DNA of 63,066 nt, counting the filler, from Reticulomyxa filosa (Eukaryota; Protista; Foraminifera), in assembly GCA_000512085.1 (NCBI GenBank). It is 11 parts of 11 records of this genome, joined end to end, with 100 filler letters (N's around TTAATTAATTAA, not from the genome) between each part and the next. Parts side by side here need not be neighbours in the genome. Positions count along the whole stretch, not along the records: positions 26,122 to 33,278 come from ASPP01020303.1; positions 33,379 to 43,577 come from ASPP01007600.1; 9 more parts are not named here. One strand, 5' to 3'. The notes below the pieces were generated by a model that saw only the letters and a list, made by a program, of their open reading frames with translations, searched no databases and was not told the DNA's origin. Each line of letters opens with the position of its first letter. Within the stretch, counting starts at the first letter, position 1. Both the position numbers and the translations under genes were made by a program. Positions 30,447 to 43,677 of the stretch are shown in pieces.

Positions 30447-30839
30447 TCTTTACTTTGCCTTTGACATTAGTTTTGTAATACACAATTCTGTTTATTTCAA
30501 CTCAGAATCGGTTTTTTGGCTGATGATACTTTCAAGAATTTTATAGTAATTCAGTTTTTAAAATTAGCTTTAAATTTCATTGAGAAATCGTGTAGCATTA
30601 TCTTCTTAATAAGAAATAATTATTTCATGTTTCAAATGTTTAATTAACACAAAAAAAAAATTTCAAAAATTGTCGCTATTCTACATTTAAGTATCAAAAC
30701 TAATAATAATTGTCAAACCAGAGACAATACTTAACCGAATAAAAATTAGCTAAGGTCAAGAATACGTGACAAAAATTTAGTTGGACGCTCATTGTTTCGA
30801 TAATTATCATTTATTGATTAGCTCAGAGCTACTGTAAAC

Positions 30840-33250
30840 ATGACAGCTCTTTTTGAATATGATGAGGAGCTGCCAACATTGGAAGATGAAGAGGACATTG
30901 AGGAGGAGATTGATTTATTTGAGATTGGTTTGTTGCAGTGGGCCCCTGATCGTAAGGATGGATCAATTGTAGCAATGGCATTGGGCAATAACAGTATTTT
31001 AATTGCAACTGTCAAACACAAGCTCTTTCTGTTATCCGGTGATGGAAATACTGCAAGTTTTGATAATGACATTCTTTGTGAAAACAAAAACTTTTTAAAG
31101 CGCGTTTTTTCTTGAATTGGAAGTATGTATGATACAAACTGTCAAAAAAAAAAAAAATAAAGCGTTTGAAATCCCAAAGAAATTCACCGGAGGTGAAAGG
31201 AATCACATACACAAAATTTTCATGGATTGGAACAGCAATCATATATTGGTAACATATGCTGCAGATGCGATTATATATATAAATGTACAAAAGTCACACA
31301 AGCCCTTGCTTCTCAACAAGTGTAAAGTTAACGAATAATTGCATATTAGGCATATGAACATTGATTTTGTGACGAATAAAACAGATAGAAAATGTTGGAA
31401 ATTAAACTAAACCAAATAGGGATTGGTGATTGAGACTGTAGTTTGGGATGAGCGTGCTTTGACAAAGACTAATACTGGTGTGATACTGTTTGGAACAATG
31501 GAAGGAGGAATTTACGAAATGACCATTAGCGATATGAAAGAAAAGAATTTCAATAAGGTTTTTTTTTTTTTTTTTTAAAAAAAAATAATAAATTTAAAAA
31601 ACTAATTTTTCTATCTTTTTTTTTTTTAAAAAAAAAAGAATTTTGAAATGTTATAATAAATATATATACATACATGTACATATACATATATATATGTATA
31701 TACATATATATTTATTTACATATATGCATATAACCTATGCATATGGATTAGTTATATGACTTGAATACATGTCGAGCGATTGCAACGGAATCGGCACGAC
31801 CGTTTCACGAGACAAAGACATCGGTTCGCGTGTGTGGCCTGCATGTGGAGTACCTGTCATCGACGAAAGAAGACGAGATGGCCCATGGCTTTGGTGGCGC
31901 GATTTCATCGCGGCCAGTCAATTCCGGCAGCGACGCCAATCAAATCCCGCCGGATGGATTGAGTCCTTACCAACCCAACATCGTGCTGAATAGTCTTGGA
32001 TTCATTGACGACGACAGCGACGAAGAGGCCAGTACCTCGTCGAAGAAACCCACCGGCAATGGATCACTATCGGCCGGTGCAGGGACGGGTTCGTCGATCC
32101 TTGCAGGCGCAAATTCCTCGACGACGAACCTGTTGGAATCCAAGCAATCTTTCAGTTTTACCAACAATAATAACAGCAATAGTAACATTAATAGTAACAA
32201 TAATAATAACAATAACAATAACAATAACAATAATAATAACGTCGTAAGTAAAGACAATGGAAAACCAAGGTTTTATGTGGTAATAGTCATCCCCAATCGC
32301 ATTTATGAGTTTATTGGAGGCCCGACTTTGGCTGCTCTGTTTCAAGCGTATGATAACAAACCGGAATTCAAGGACGTGATGGGCTCGATTGATCACACCT
32401 ATTTGAGCGTGCTGAAATCAAGTAATGGTACGGTCGAGTCCATTGGCTGGTTAATGGAACAGGGCATTTCGGTGACAAAGTTGGCATTGGGAAGCCATTT
32501 GAAGCAAGGAGATAAAGTCATTGCAGATCGGTTGATGGAAAATTTTATCAAATTTGGAGGCGATCATAACACCAAAGGAGATGATTGGCACGGAATGGAA
32601 AAAGCAATGCCCGTTGGATTTACCATTACCCCATTTCATGTGGTCATCGTGTATGCCACTTGCATTTTAATTGTCAATCTCATGTCCAAAAAATGTGTGC
32701 AATACACTGAAATCTCTAAAGTTTCGTTTCAACAACAAAATGTAACAAATTATCGTGTGATGATAATATCTTTTTTTTTTTCTCCCCCTCCCCCCCTCCC
32801 CCCCCCCCTACCACATATAGTCTTCTGGTGATGTAATCGAGATTCGAACCATGGCGCCAGATTTAGCATTTGTAGCCTGTGAACATCAATTATATCAAAT
32901 GAAAGCAGATAATGAAACCAGAGATGTATGGAAACTGTTTTTAGATCAAAAGGATTTTGAAAATGCTCACAAACATTGTCGCAACAATGCCCAGCGACAA
33001 ATGATCTTGCGCGTGGAAGCGGATCACTATTTCAATATCTCCAATTACAATGAAGCCGCCAAAAAATATGCCCATTTGTCTTATTTGACATACATTTTAT
33101 CCAAAAAGCCGATCCATTTGAAACTCCCGGATGCAGTTCAGCCAATGAGTGGACCTGGTTTGTTGTACAAACCAAAAGATAAACTGGATGTCACTTTTGA
33201 AGATATCGCCTTGAAATTTCTTTCTGTCCAGCAAATTGATGCTTTAATGG
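30840..33250 (+). CDS. VPS18: Vacuolar sorting protein Vps18/Pep3 (HOPS/CORVET), 3'-truncated at the linker
   Basis: IHKIFMD..NHILV; GLVIETVVWD...ILFGT..G.IYE; TPFH; NETRDVWKLFLDQKDFENA; ADHYF...AAKKYA; TFEDIALKFL. Contains a long S/G/N-rich insertion. Confidence 0.88.
32164..32240 (+). repeat. (AAT/AAC)n coding microsatellite (poly-Asn) inside VPS18
   Basis: aataacaataacaataac... in frame. Confidence 0.85.
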
Positions 33251-33472
33251 TTCAATTCAATATATATATATATATATANNNNNNNNNNNNNNNNNNNNNN
33301 NNNNNNNNNNNNNNNNNNNNNNTTAATTAATTAANNNNNNNNNNNNNNNNNNNNNNNNNNNNNNNNNNNNNNNNNNNNCTCTTTGCTGTCAAACAGTTTT
33401 TAACTCCATGCAGCAAAAAAGAAAATGAAACAATCAAGTAAAAAAAATGATAACTTTATGTACATAATTTGG

Positions 33473-34623
33473 TTACTCCCAAACTCGAATCATTTTGTCC
33501 CAAGAGCCCGCCACTATTGCACTGTCATCTGGCGAAATATCAACACAACATAACATATCAGCATATACTAGAAATGTTTCTATTAGCTGTCCCGATTTCA
33601 CATCCCACACACGAGCAGTCATATCTGCTGAACAAGATACAATATTTTGACCATTTGCAAAATATTTCACATCTGCCACAGAATTAGAATGCCCTTCAAA
33701 TATGTTCAATTGTTCTCCTGATTCCACATTCCATATTCGAATTGTTTTATCTTCTGAACATGACACAATAAATTGACCATCAGGAGAAAATCGTACACGT
33801 GATATACTTTGAGAATGTCCTCTTAATTCTTTCAATCTTTCACCTGATTTTATATCCCATAAACCAATTGTTACATCGCTAGACGACGATACAATCATCT
33901 GACCATAAGGTGAGTATCTTACACTATTCACTTTATCTGAATGACCAGTCAGTTTTTTAATTTCTTTTCCAGAATTCAGATCCCATATTCGTATTGTTCT
34001 ATCAGCTGAACCTGACACAATATGTTTACCATCTGGAGAAAAGCTTACATCACATACCAAATTTTCATGTCCTTTAAGTTTCTTCAACTCGTCTCCTAAC
34101 TTTATATTCCATACTCGAATGATAGTATCATTCGAGCAGGATACAACAATGTTTCCATCTGGAGAAAATTCTGCAGCATTGACATTTCTGAAAATCATTG
34201 GAAAAACTTGGAGCTGTTCTCCAGAGGCAAAGTCCCATATTCGAACTGTGGTATCAAATGATGCCGAAACAAGTTTACTGCCATCTGGTGAAAATTTTAT
34301 GTCTCTTATTAGATTTCCATGTCCTTTCAATATTCTCGAGAATTGAAAACTTTTTGTCTGTATTTTTAATATTTTTTATAAAGACACATCTTCACGAATC
34401 TAAGATCACAAAAGCTTCCTTAACATATTTGGCCACCATTTTGTCAAAATCACGGATCCATCCTAATTTTATACTCAAAATTCGAAGCCAATTATGTATG
34501 ATTAATTTTATCTCATTATTTGTCTAATCCATAAAATACAATACCTTATTTCTGTTTGGACGTAAAGACAGCTGTTTGAAGAAAGCTTACCAACTGTGGT
34601 TCGTTTTTCATGAGGGAATACAT
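33473..34623 (-). CDS. WD40-repeat protein of the lineage-expanded family (copy 1, apparently intact)
   Basis: About 7 GH...FSPDG...S.S.D.TIR(I/V)W repeats (33473-34330). Leader exon 'IKLIIHNWLRILSIKLGWIRDFDKMVAKYV' at ~34425-34515; short first exon from ATG 34623. Confidence 0.9.
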
Positions 34624-35065
34624 TTTTTCAGTTTTGGTTTTTCTCAATAAATAGTTAATCAATCTTAGATGACGGAAAAAACTTTGATCTTACAACTTTA
34701 TTTTATTATTAGAATTTCCTTCTTGAGACTTTCCTTGCAAAGAAATACTTTCTGTAACACACAAAAAGGACCGTAAAAGTTGTTGTTTTGATTTCGACAC
34801 TACAAAGAAATGTTTAATAAAGGTGAACACAAACAATCACCAGATAGGTCTATTTTGGCTGTCTGGAACTGTAGTATTCCTCGCTAATGACTTCTCCCAA
34901 ATGAACATCTATTGAATAAATTAATATTAACTTTTTATGGCTTTTGTTTAAAAAAGCAATCACAGCAGTGTGTACTAGCTTGCTAAGGGGACGTCAAAAT
35001 CTTTTTGTTACTGAATTATAATATTTTTCATTTTTTTTTAATTGCGTATCACTTTATTTTGACAA

Positions 35066-37494
35066 ATGACATCTCAAAAAGGTTGCAGCTATGTTCCACC
35101 CCACAAAAGGGATTTGCAGGTAGAGACATTGACGCAAACGTCGGGACTTTTTTCGGACACGTTTTGTGACTGTTTATAGAACAATAGTATCAACAAAGTT
35201 TTTTCCAGCTCGGACCCCAAGCCAACTTACGAAAGGTGTTTTTTTTTTTTTGTATGTAAATACGTAGTGTGTGTATGCGTACTTGTACGTAATTGTGACG
35301 GCATATTTTGTAATGTGCATCTTGCAATTTGGTTGGTCTACAGACAGCAACGGTCGTCATACCCAAGCAAAAGACACCAAGCCAGTGGGAAAGCGCTTCC
35401 AAGAGCGCATACCAAGTCTTCAATCGATTGCAGTGAAGAAGAAGAAGAAGAAGAGATGGAAGAGGTGGAAGAAGTAGAAGAAGTAGAAGAGCCAAAAGAA
35501 GATGCAACTAGGAGAAGCTACGAAATTGAGTCGGAAATGGAGAAGCTAAGCATGAACCAAAATTTGGATTCGTCAGAAAATGGACAGCAGTACCACAAGC
35601 ATTATTCCTTGTACACTGCTCCGACAACAACCGCCTCGTCATTCAAAAGTCGCGACAACGATACATGGAAAACGCAGGTTGTAACCCCAAATAGACCACG
35701 GGATTTTGATGACGGTGCAAAAATGACGATGACATCAGCAACGAATACAACGAATACAACGAATACGATGAATACAACAAAGAAAGAAAATACGAACCGA
35801 TTTGAACTTGTTGACAGAAGAAAAACAGGGTTATTGGAAGAGGAAATGGAAAGCCAGATATTTGATAATGGCAATGAGATGACGCAAGGGATAAACTTTG
35901 ACGTGTATGACAAGATCCCAGTGGAATTGAGCGGCGACAACCCCCCGGAGGGTCTCATGACGTTTGAGGAGTCGCATCTGCACGAGCAACTGCTGTACAA
36001 TATCCAGCGCTGCAAGTACGTCAAGCCCACGCCCGTACAAAAGTATGCCATCCCTTGCATTTTGACGGGCAAAGACCTGATGGCCTGTGCGCAAACTGGC
36101 TCGGGCAAAACGGCTGCATTTTTGTTACCTATCATTCACCGAATGATGACACTGCCCCCTCTTTCCTCTTCCTCTTCCTCTTCCGCTTCTGCGCAAAAGC
36201 GCTACAACAGTCGCTTTTCATCACGGAGTAAGGTGTTCCCACGTGCAGTAATTTTGTCGCCAACTCGAGAGCTGGCGATACAGATTGAAGAGCAGGCACG
36301 CAATTCCTTTGGAAAACGGGAATGCGATCAGTGGTGGTGTATGGCGGGGCCAACGCCGGCCTTCAGCTGAAAGAGCTGAGCTATGGGTGTGACCTGATTG
36401 TGGCCACGCCTGGTCGCTTGCTCGACTTTATAGACAGTGGCAAAGTGAGCGTGGAGTCGACGCAGTTTTGCGCGCTGGACGAAGGCGACCGAATGCTAGA
36501 TATGGGCTTTATGCCACAAATCCAAGACATGATCCGTAACATGCCCCGCAAAGGCGTGCGCCAAATGTTAATGTTTTCCGCCACTTTCCCTTCCGAAATC
36601 CAACAGTTGGCTCAAGAGTTTTTGAACGGCGACTACTTGTTCTTGGCCGTTGGTAGAGTGGGCTCCACAAACACGTTCATTCGACAGAAAATGGCGTATG
36701 TGGAGGACAAGGACAAGGTGAAGCAGTTGGTGGACACACTTGGTACTATTACTGCTGCCACTGATGCTGCTGTGGGCGAGGAATTAACGCTAATATTTGT
36801 GGAGACGAGGAGAGATGCTGATGACGTGGAGGAACAATTGCTTCGCGAGGGATTAAATGCCATTTCCATCCATGGTGATCGCTCCCAGAAAGAACGTGAA
36901 CAAGCACTTGCTTTGTTTCGCAGTGGCAAGTGCCCCATACTCGTGGCCACTGATGTGGCGGCGCGTGGATTGGACATTCCCAATGTACTGTGGGTCATCA
37001 ACTTTGACTTGCCGAACAATATCGAAGCTTATGTTCATCGCATTGGTCGCACGGGCAGATGTGGACATGATGGAAACGCTATTGCCTTTGTCAACGAGAA
37101 AAACAAACCGATTTTGCAGGATTTGATACATTTGCTGCGAGAAACCAAACAGGACGTGCCGCAATGGTTTTCGGAAATGGTGTATCAGAATCGCAAAACT
37201 TCTCTTGACAAAAGATATTCACGACGCGATTATCGCGAATACGGCAACAAAGACTATCGCCATGCACAAACTAACAATGGCTCCAATTTTACGTCGCGTC
37301 GCTTTACCGAAGGCAAAGACTTGACCAAAGATCGAGAACACAGCAATTGGAACCATGTCACGCGTGATAGTTATAGCAGGAATAGTGAGCGTGATGATTC
37401 GTCGTACAAGTCCAAACCAATTGATAGCCGTGGGGACAACACCACCGATTCCTATTCCAAATGGGATTTTGGCTCAAAGAACGATTCATGGTGA
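35066..37494 (+). CDS. DDX3: Ded1/DDX3-subfamily DEAD-box RNA helicase
   Basis: Exon 1 MTSQKGCSYVPPHKRDLQ carries the Ded1/DDX3 YxPPH motif. Further motifs: GINFDVYDKIPVE, PTPVQKYAIP, AQTGSGKT, SPTRELA, TPGRL, DEGD, SAT, RGLD, HRIGRTGR. Exons 35066-35119, 35180-35235, 35344-37494 with a 1-nt frameshift at ~36303. Confidence 0.93.
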
Positions 37495-39160
37495 TCTTTC
37501 ACCACTATCTTTGAAGATAAAAATTTATACGCCCAACTTTGTTGTTTTGTTGCGATTGCACCAACATTGGATTTGGGAGTCTGTATATGTCGCTTTTTAC
37601 TGTTTTAGACTGTATGGACTTCAACATCGCTCAAATGTCTGGGGAAAAAATGTCTTGTGTTTTTGTGGGAGGTTTTTCGTTTTTTTCATTAAAATTTCAT
37701 ATCTCTCCGCTAAATGCTTTAATCTTTCATTAGACTGACTTTCAACAGCCTTGCAATCTAAAACAAGCCAATTACAATGCAGAGGCAAGATTATCAGCAC
37801 TCAGTTACTGTTTCAAAACAGCATTGCCATGATATTTGCCCAAAAAAAAAGTTATTCGGCAAAGAAAACAACAAGTATTTTCCGATTAGTCTGTAACACT
37901 ATAGTGCACTTGACACTGATAATTACACTAATGTGTGTCATAGTTCTGGGTGGTGCTTCAATCAAAGCATTATCTCAGATATATAATCACTGACCTGTTC
38001 CAATACTAGTAAGCCGAAAGGTATTTTTTATGTTGCTACTGGCGTCAATGATACATAAATTCTAGTGTGATGTGTACTGACTATTACAAGGCTTACACAA
38101 AGTGTAATATGAAAGATTGCTCTCTTGAGCAAGTTCTGACAAAAGACAAATAGTTAAATCAAAGATAATATAAATTACAAAACAACGACAAAGAGGAAAG
38201 CAAGTGAAAGAGTATAAATTTGAGATAAAAGGGGCTCCAGTGTACCACTAACAGATTGACTGTCAGTGAGTGTATGGACAAATAATCTTTTATAGTGTCA
38301 TTGTTTGTTTTTTTTTAGAGAATGCACGGCGCAATACTAGCGCTAAAACATACAATAACAGTTTACCCATCATATCTAAATTTGACTTAGCGCGCAAAAG
38401 CAAAACGAAAAACACAAAAAACAACATTGTCCAAACCACCTTACAACCAATTTAATATATAAGATAAACAATATTTAACTTAACAAACATCTTTAAAAAA
38501 AAGAAATCAATATAGATAAGTGCAAAAGGTGAAAAGGCGCATCATTCATTGTGAGTACCACAATATGTGCTAGTATATGATGCCCACCTCTCTTCATAAT
38601 GTGGTCTAGCTGTTCCCCCTTTTGTCTTTATGAGGTGTGAAAACTTTAATAAAAAAAATTCGATAAATCAAAAATTAATTAAATTAAATCAATATATATA
38701 ATATTTTATGTTTGTCTTTTTGTTATTGAACATGGGGCTCTTTCTTTGTTTTGGAACACTTCTGATTCGGCGATCACAATAATGGTTCTGTTTCTGCACT
38801 GCGATCTGGATTGCGCTTTTCCTGTTCCACTTTTTTTCCCCCATTTTGAGATTTTGGACATTAACTACATGCCCTTGTGGGTGGGAATAGTGCATATATA
38901 CCACTTTATCTCAGTTTCTCACTTTGCCACTATTTTACGTTTCATCTAATGATATGATGTTGTTTTATTTTTTTTATAGTGTCATTGATAACATTGAATA
39001 AATACCAGACCGTTAAATTTAGTTTTTTGTTGTAAAGAGTTGTCAGTTTTGTCATAATTTTTGTTATTTATTCACTTTTCAATAGTCTTTTTACAAAAAA
39101 AATGTTTCCACTAATGCTATACACATACACTTTTAGTATTTTCTTTATAGTGATATTTCA

Positions 39161-39495
39161 ATGTAGGGCAAGTCCATATTATAAGTATCTGAACGTCAAG
39201 TGAACGGAAGAATCCTCAGTATGTTAAACTTCCTCAACAAACCTACTTCTTACTTCCTTACTTTTCTTTAATTTCCTTTTTTGTTATTTTGTTTTATTAT
39301 TTAAATTACCTTCGTTTTACGAAAACCCATGTAGGGCAAGCCGTATTACACATAGCTGAACTCTTATGGAACTGATTAGCTCCCTTTGGGTGAAACTTCT
39401 CCACAAACCTTCACTTCTTGTTTTTGGTCTTTCCTTTTTACTTACTCGGTTATCCATTTTGATTATTTAGTTTACTTCGTTTTACTGAAAGCCAC
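39161..39495 (+). repeat. Diverged tandem duplication of a ~170-bp unit
   Basis: ATGTAGGGCAAG at 39161 and 39329; both units continue with AAACTTC..ACAAACCT..CTTCTT and end with CTTCGTTTTAC(T)GAAA. Confidence 0.7.
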
Positions 39496-40037
39496 TCTCA
39501 ATTCGAGTAAATCTTTTTGTATTACATTTAGTGTAGCTCTCTACAGCAGACACCCCACACTCCTATTCTCTTCTAAGTAAACGCCTCTCGTATTACAGTT
39601 AGTGCACCAATACTATCAGCAGACATCACAAATCAAGATCAATTTTTTGCTTTTTTTTCTGCAAAAAAACTCAATTCTGCACGTATCAAACTTGTTTATA
39701 CCTTTTGGTATAAATTTTTTTTACATTCGCATATTTTTATGTTTATTTTTTTTATGAAAATATAGAACATTATAAACTGAATTCCACAAGCTGATTCGGT
39801 TTCGTTAGTGCATGCAAAGAAAAAGGAAAAAAAATGTATTTTGATTCGTTTTTAAATTTTTTGTTTGTGAATTATTACCGCATTGTTTTGACTTCAAATA
39901 CGCAAAGTGACTCATATTTTTTCTGCAATAATTTTTGCTTTTTTTGAAATTTCTGTAAATTAACAGTCCGAAATTTTTTTTTCATATAAACGATCCCCTT
40001 TTAAAAAAACTTGTGTTTTTGTCTCAACAACGCCACA

Positions 40038-41258
40038 ATGACATGCACAATTGATCAAAAAAACAATAATGACTGGATCACCTCTACTGTAAAAGCAAAA
40101 GAGAAAAAGAAAAAAAGAAAAAAAGCAAGACCAAATCTTCCTGTATGTTTTCTTTTTTACTATCTAATTATACAAACATTCGAGTTGTATTTATTTCGCA
40201 TTAAAAAAAAAAGAGAGGAGAAGAAGTGAGAAAGGTTTTACAGTTATGGCGTCGCCAAGCACATGTGGGATTTGGCTGGATAAACGATTTTGACGATTTG
40301 GTTGCAGAATATGTTAAGTAACGGAATGACATTTTTTTTTTTTTTTGAAACCAATCAAAATTGATTAAATGATAAATAAAATAGGCCCCAAATTATAAAC
40401 AGTTGCAAATAATGTTGGGACACACTGCAAATATACTATGTGTGCGATTTTCTCCAGATAGCAAGTACCTTGTTTCATCGTCGGAAGACAAAACGATCCA
40501 ACTTTGGGAAATTGCCAAAGCCAAGTTAATTCGAACATTTCGTGGACACCTTGCTTCTGTTCATCTTGTTACATTCTCTCCATCTGGTGATACTATTGCA
40601 TCAGCTGCATCAGATGCTTCAATTCGAATATGGAAAACGAAATCAAGAAAAGCAATCAAACAAATTAAAAGTGGTCCAAAGGTAACTGATATACACTTTT
40701 CTCAGGATGGAAGATTTATTGTGGCAAGTTCAAAAGATGGCAAAATAAGAGCGTGGACTGTAACTTCTGGACATGGACGAGAACTATTTTGTATTGGCCA
40801 AAATCCAATAGACAAATTTGAATTTTCACCAGATGGTAACTATATGTTTTGCATATCATACAAAACGATCCATGTGTTCAATGTAATGTCCTGTGAAGAA
40901 ATATTTAAATTTGAAAAACAGAGATTCAGTGCACAAGTTGCTACATTTATTCCTGGTGGATTACTCATCGAATCTTACTCAGATAATAGATATATTACAA
41001 AATGGGATATCAAAAAAAAGAATTATATCACAAATCCAAGTGCCATGGGATATATATAATAATGTGAAATGTGTAGTAAATAAACGATATATTTGTGTTG
41101 GTTTTGGATCAATACGTCTGCGCATCTGTTTTTTCACCTCGGAAAGAGGTCAACATTTGGACGGACATTTTGAGAACGTTGTGGACATTAATATTTCTCC
41201 CGACGGAAAATATATTGCTTCTTGTTCTAGTGACGAGACTATTCGATTGTGGGGATGA
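40038..41258 (+). CDS. WD40-repeat protein, same family (copy 2); frameshift in an A-run at ~41015
   Basis: Leader exon 'EEEVRKVLQLWRRQAHVGFGWINDFDDLVAEY'; repeats GHTANILCVRFSPDSKYLVSSSEDKTIQLWE and following; C-terminus SCSSDETIRLWG*. Confidence 0.85.
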
Positions 41259-41814
41259 CAACTTTATTTTCTTTTTTCAAAGTTGTTGATTATATTTGTT
41301 ACATTACTTAATTTAAAACAAAATTTCCATACCATTTTTCAAAAAAAAAAAATGGGTGCTAAATTAAAAAAAGCGTCTAATCCCTTACTTTCGAATTGCA
41401 TTCCTTGTTTCAACTTTACACTTTCTTCCTTGACTTGCTGTATTATCTTTTGTTTTTTGCTACTTCGTTTGATTATTAATTATTGGAATAAATAGTTTTT
41501 GTTTCTGAAAACTGGTAATTTACTTATGTTAAATGAAAGCTTCTTTTTTATGAGTTGCCTGTTCATGGGGCGTGCTTTTTGTAAAAGTAAAAATTGAAGG
41601 GTTAAAGATAAACATTATATAAGACTGTTTATTAAAATTTGTTTGTTATAAAAAATTTGTTCTTATGGCAATATAAAAATTTACCAGTTCACAAGCAATG
41701 ATGCCACTACGTTTTGTATGGATGAATTCACTCTTGCTGCAAAGAGCTAAAAAATTTAAGAAAGAGGATGGTAGATGGGCGAAAAATTAGTTTCATTTTA
41801 GCTTTAATCTTAAT

Positions 41815-42130
41815 TTATCTAATTCTTTTATGTACTCTTCTTTTTGAGCCTTCAGTCCGTCAATTTCGTCCAAAGTTGCATCAATCATATTATTGAGCCG
41901 GGACCGACTTGTTTATGTTTTATTTATGGTCAAAACACGCTTCCATAAGTGAATGCTTGTGTGATGAGTACATACATGGCTTCTTCTGTTGGGATTGCTC
42001 GCCAAAAGCAGTGGTAGAACGTTCCTATACCTAGCATGAGAGGAAATAACCCACTTCCCCATACTCGAGATTTATTTTGAACAAGTCTTTTCACGTAAGG
42101 ACTCAGCGGTGAAACTCGATTCGAGGCCAT
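41815..42130 (-). CDS. Small (~82 aa) single-transmembrane protein, 2 exons
   Basis: MASNRVSPLSPYVKRLVQNKSRVWGSGLFPLMLGIGTFYHCFWRAIPTEEAI, then a GTATGT..AAG intron, then RSRLNNMIDATLDEIDGLKAQKRRVHKRIR*. The start codon is uncertain. Confidence 0.55.
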
Positions 42131-42466
42131 TATTAGGAGATGCCAAGAGTTTTTTTTATGAAGAAATTCCAAAAAGGTGCCACTTGGCGCCAAGCTGGCT
42201 GATTATCACTAGGAATTAACTCTTGACGATCTTGCACAACAAGTTTCATAATAACGCTCATAGCGTAAGGTTTAAGTTCTTTTAAGATTTTCGAACATCA
42301 CACAACTTTAAGTTACTTAACAAAAAATAACCAAATTTACAACTTTCTGCTTGCGTTGATCCTGCTAAAATCGGATGTGTTGAAGTCAAAGCAGTTGGAA
42401 AATGTACTATAATGCGTAGTGCAAGAAAGTATTTTTTGAAAAAAACATTTTCACAATTAAAAAAAA

Positions 42467-43530
42467 ATGACCTTCCCTATACTTGGCATGAAGCTTGTGT
42501 TGACTCTCTTATTTGTAGTACTTTGGAATGCAACCCTTTGTTGTTCCTACATGTGGCAAATTCGCAATAATTTCAAAACTTTGACGTTGTACAATGTAGA
42601 CAGCAACAAAGTGATCAACACCACAAGTCACGTTTTGGTACGAGCATAATCCAACATGTGTATCTTTTTTTTTTAAATGCGTTAATTTTGTAATAATGTT
42701 CGCATACTGTATTTATACCCGCAACCGTTAAAAAAAATGAAAAAAACTAGGATGGGATAGCCGCTGTTGCAATGGCAGAAGGGAGGTGTGGAATTTGTGT
42801 TTGAGATATTTATTATTTTGAAAAAGCGAAGAGAGAAACAAGTAAAAAGAGGGAGTTGTAATAATAGAAAGGAAAGACATAAAACATAAATTTATTAAAA
42901 AAAAAAGACAAAATACTATAAAATTGTCTTTTGGGTCAATAATGGGTAATTATTATTATTTTTTTTTTCCTGGAACAGGTACATAAAAAATTATACGTTG
43001 TTTTTTTTTTTTTTTTTTTTTGTAAAAAAAAGGTACCTGACAGCTTGGACAATGGATGAAAAGCTGACAGGAGGCATATTAAATTATTGTGATCACAAGC
43101 CATTAATATGCAATTTCACATCTCTAACCTCGAGTATAATCGTTTCCCCGAGAATAGCAGCAATGTCTGAAGCTGGTGTGGATGTGTGCACAACGTACCC
43201 ACATGCACGCATGCAGTCTCTGTATATAAAGAAAAAGAGGAGGGAAAGAGGGGGGGGGGGAAGGTAAATTGGAGTATGTTATTTGTATTACGAAAAACCA
43301 ACAACAAATTATGTGACATCCATCAAAAGAGATCGTTGTAGTGTGGCAATCGAGAATCAATGCATCGTTCAACATGGCAGCCCAAATGCATATAGCGATG
43401 TATGAAGTGGAGAGCGGAAGGTTACATTTTGTAGTACACCAAAGTGTCCCCCTTTTCTCTGTGGTCAATCAATACTCTGTGGCCGTGTGGAACCAGAGTG
43501 TCATTGCACTCACTTGGGCCAATTTCCACG
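42467..43530 (+). CDS. Hypothetical secreted protein, multi-exon, 3'-truncated
   Basis: Signal-like MKLVLTLLFVVLWNATLC; further exons at ~43033-43200 and ~43330-43530. Confidence 0.45.
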
Positions 43531-43535
43531 GTTTT

Positions 43536-43569
<34 letters not shown>

Positions 43570-43677
43570 AAAAAAAANNNNNNNNNNNNNNNNNNNNNNN
43601 NNNNNNNNNNNNNNNNNNNNNTTAATTAATTAANNNNNNNNNNNNNNNNNNNNNNNNNNNNNNNNNNNNNNNNNNNN

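Noticed and set aside
31967-32257. Antisense poly-Leu or hydrophobic ORFs (also 2786-3223, 35602-36135, 36633-37019, 43689-44000, 44428-44850, 60401-60983)
   Set aside because: They are shadows of real genes or microsatellites on the opposite strand.
37750-38990. Short ORFs and a possible C/D-box snoRNA
   Set aside because: No conserved motifs, and no clean box C with a terminal stem.
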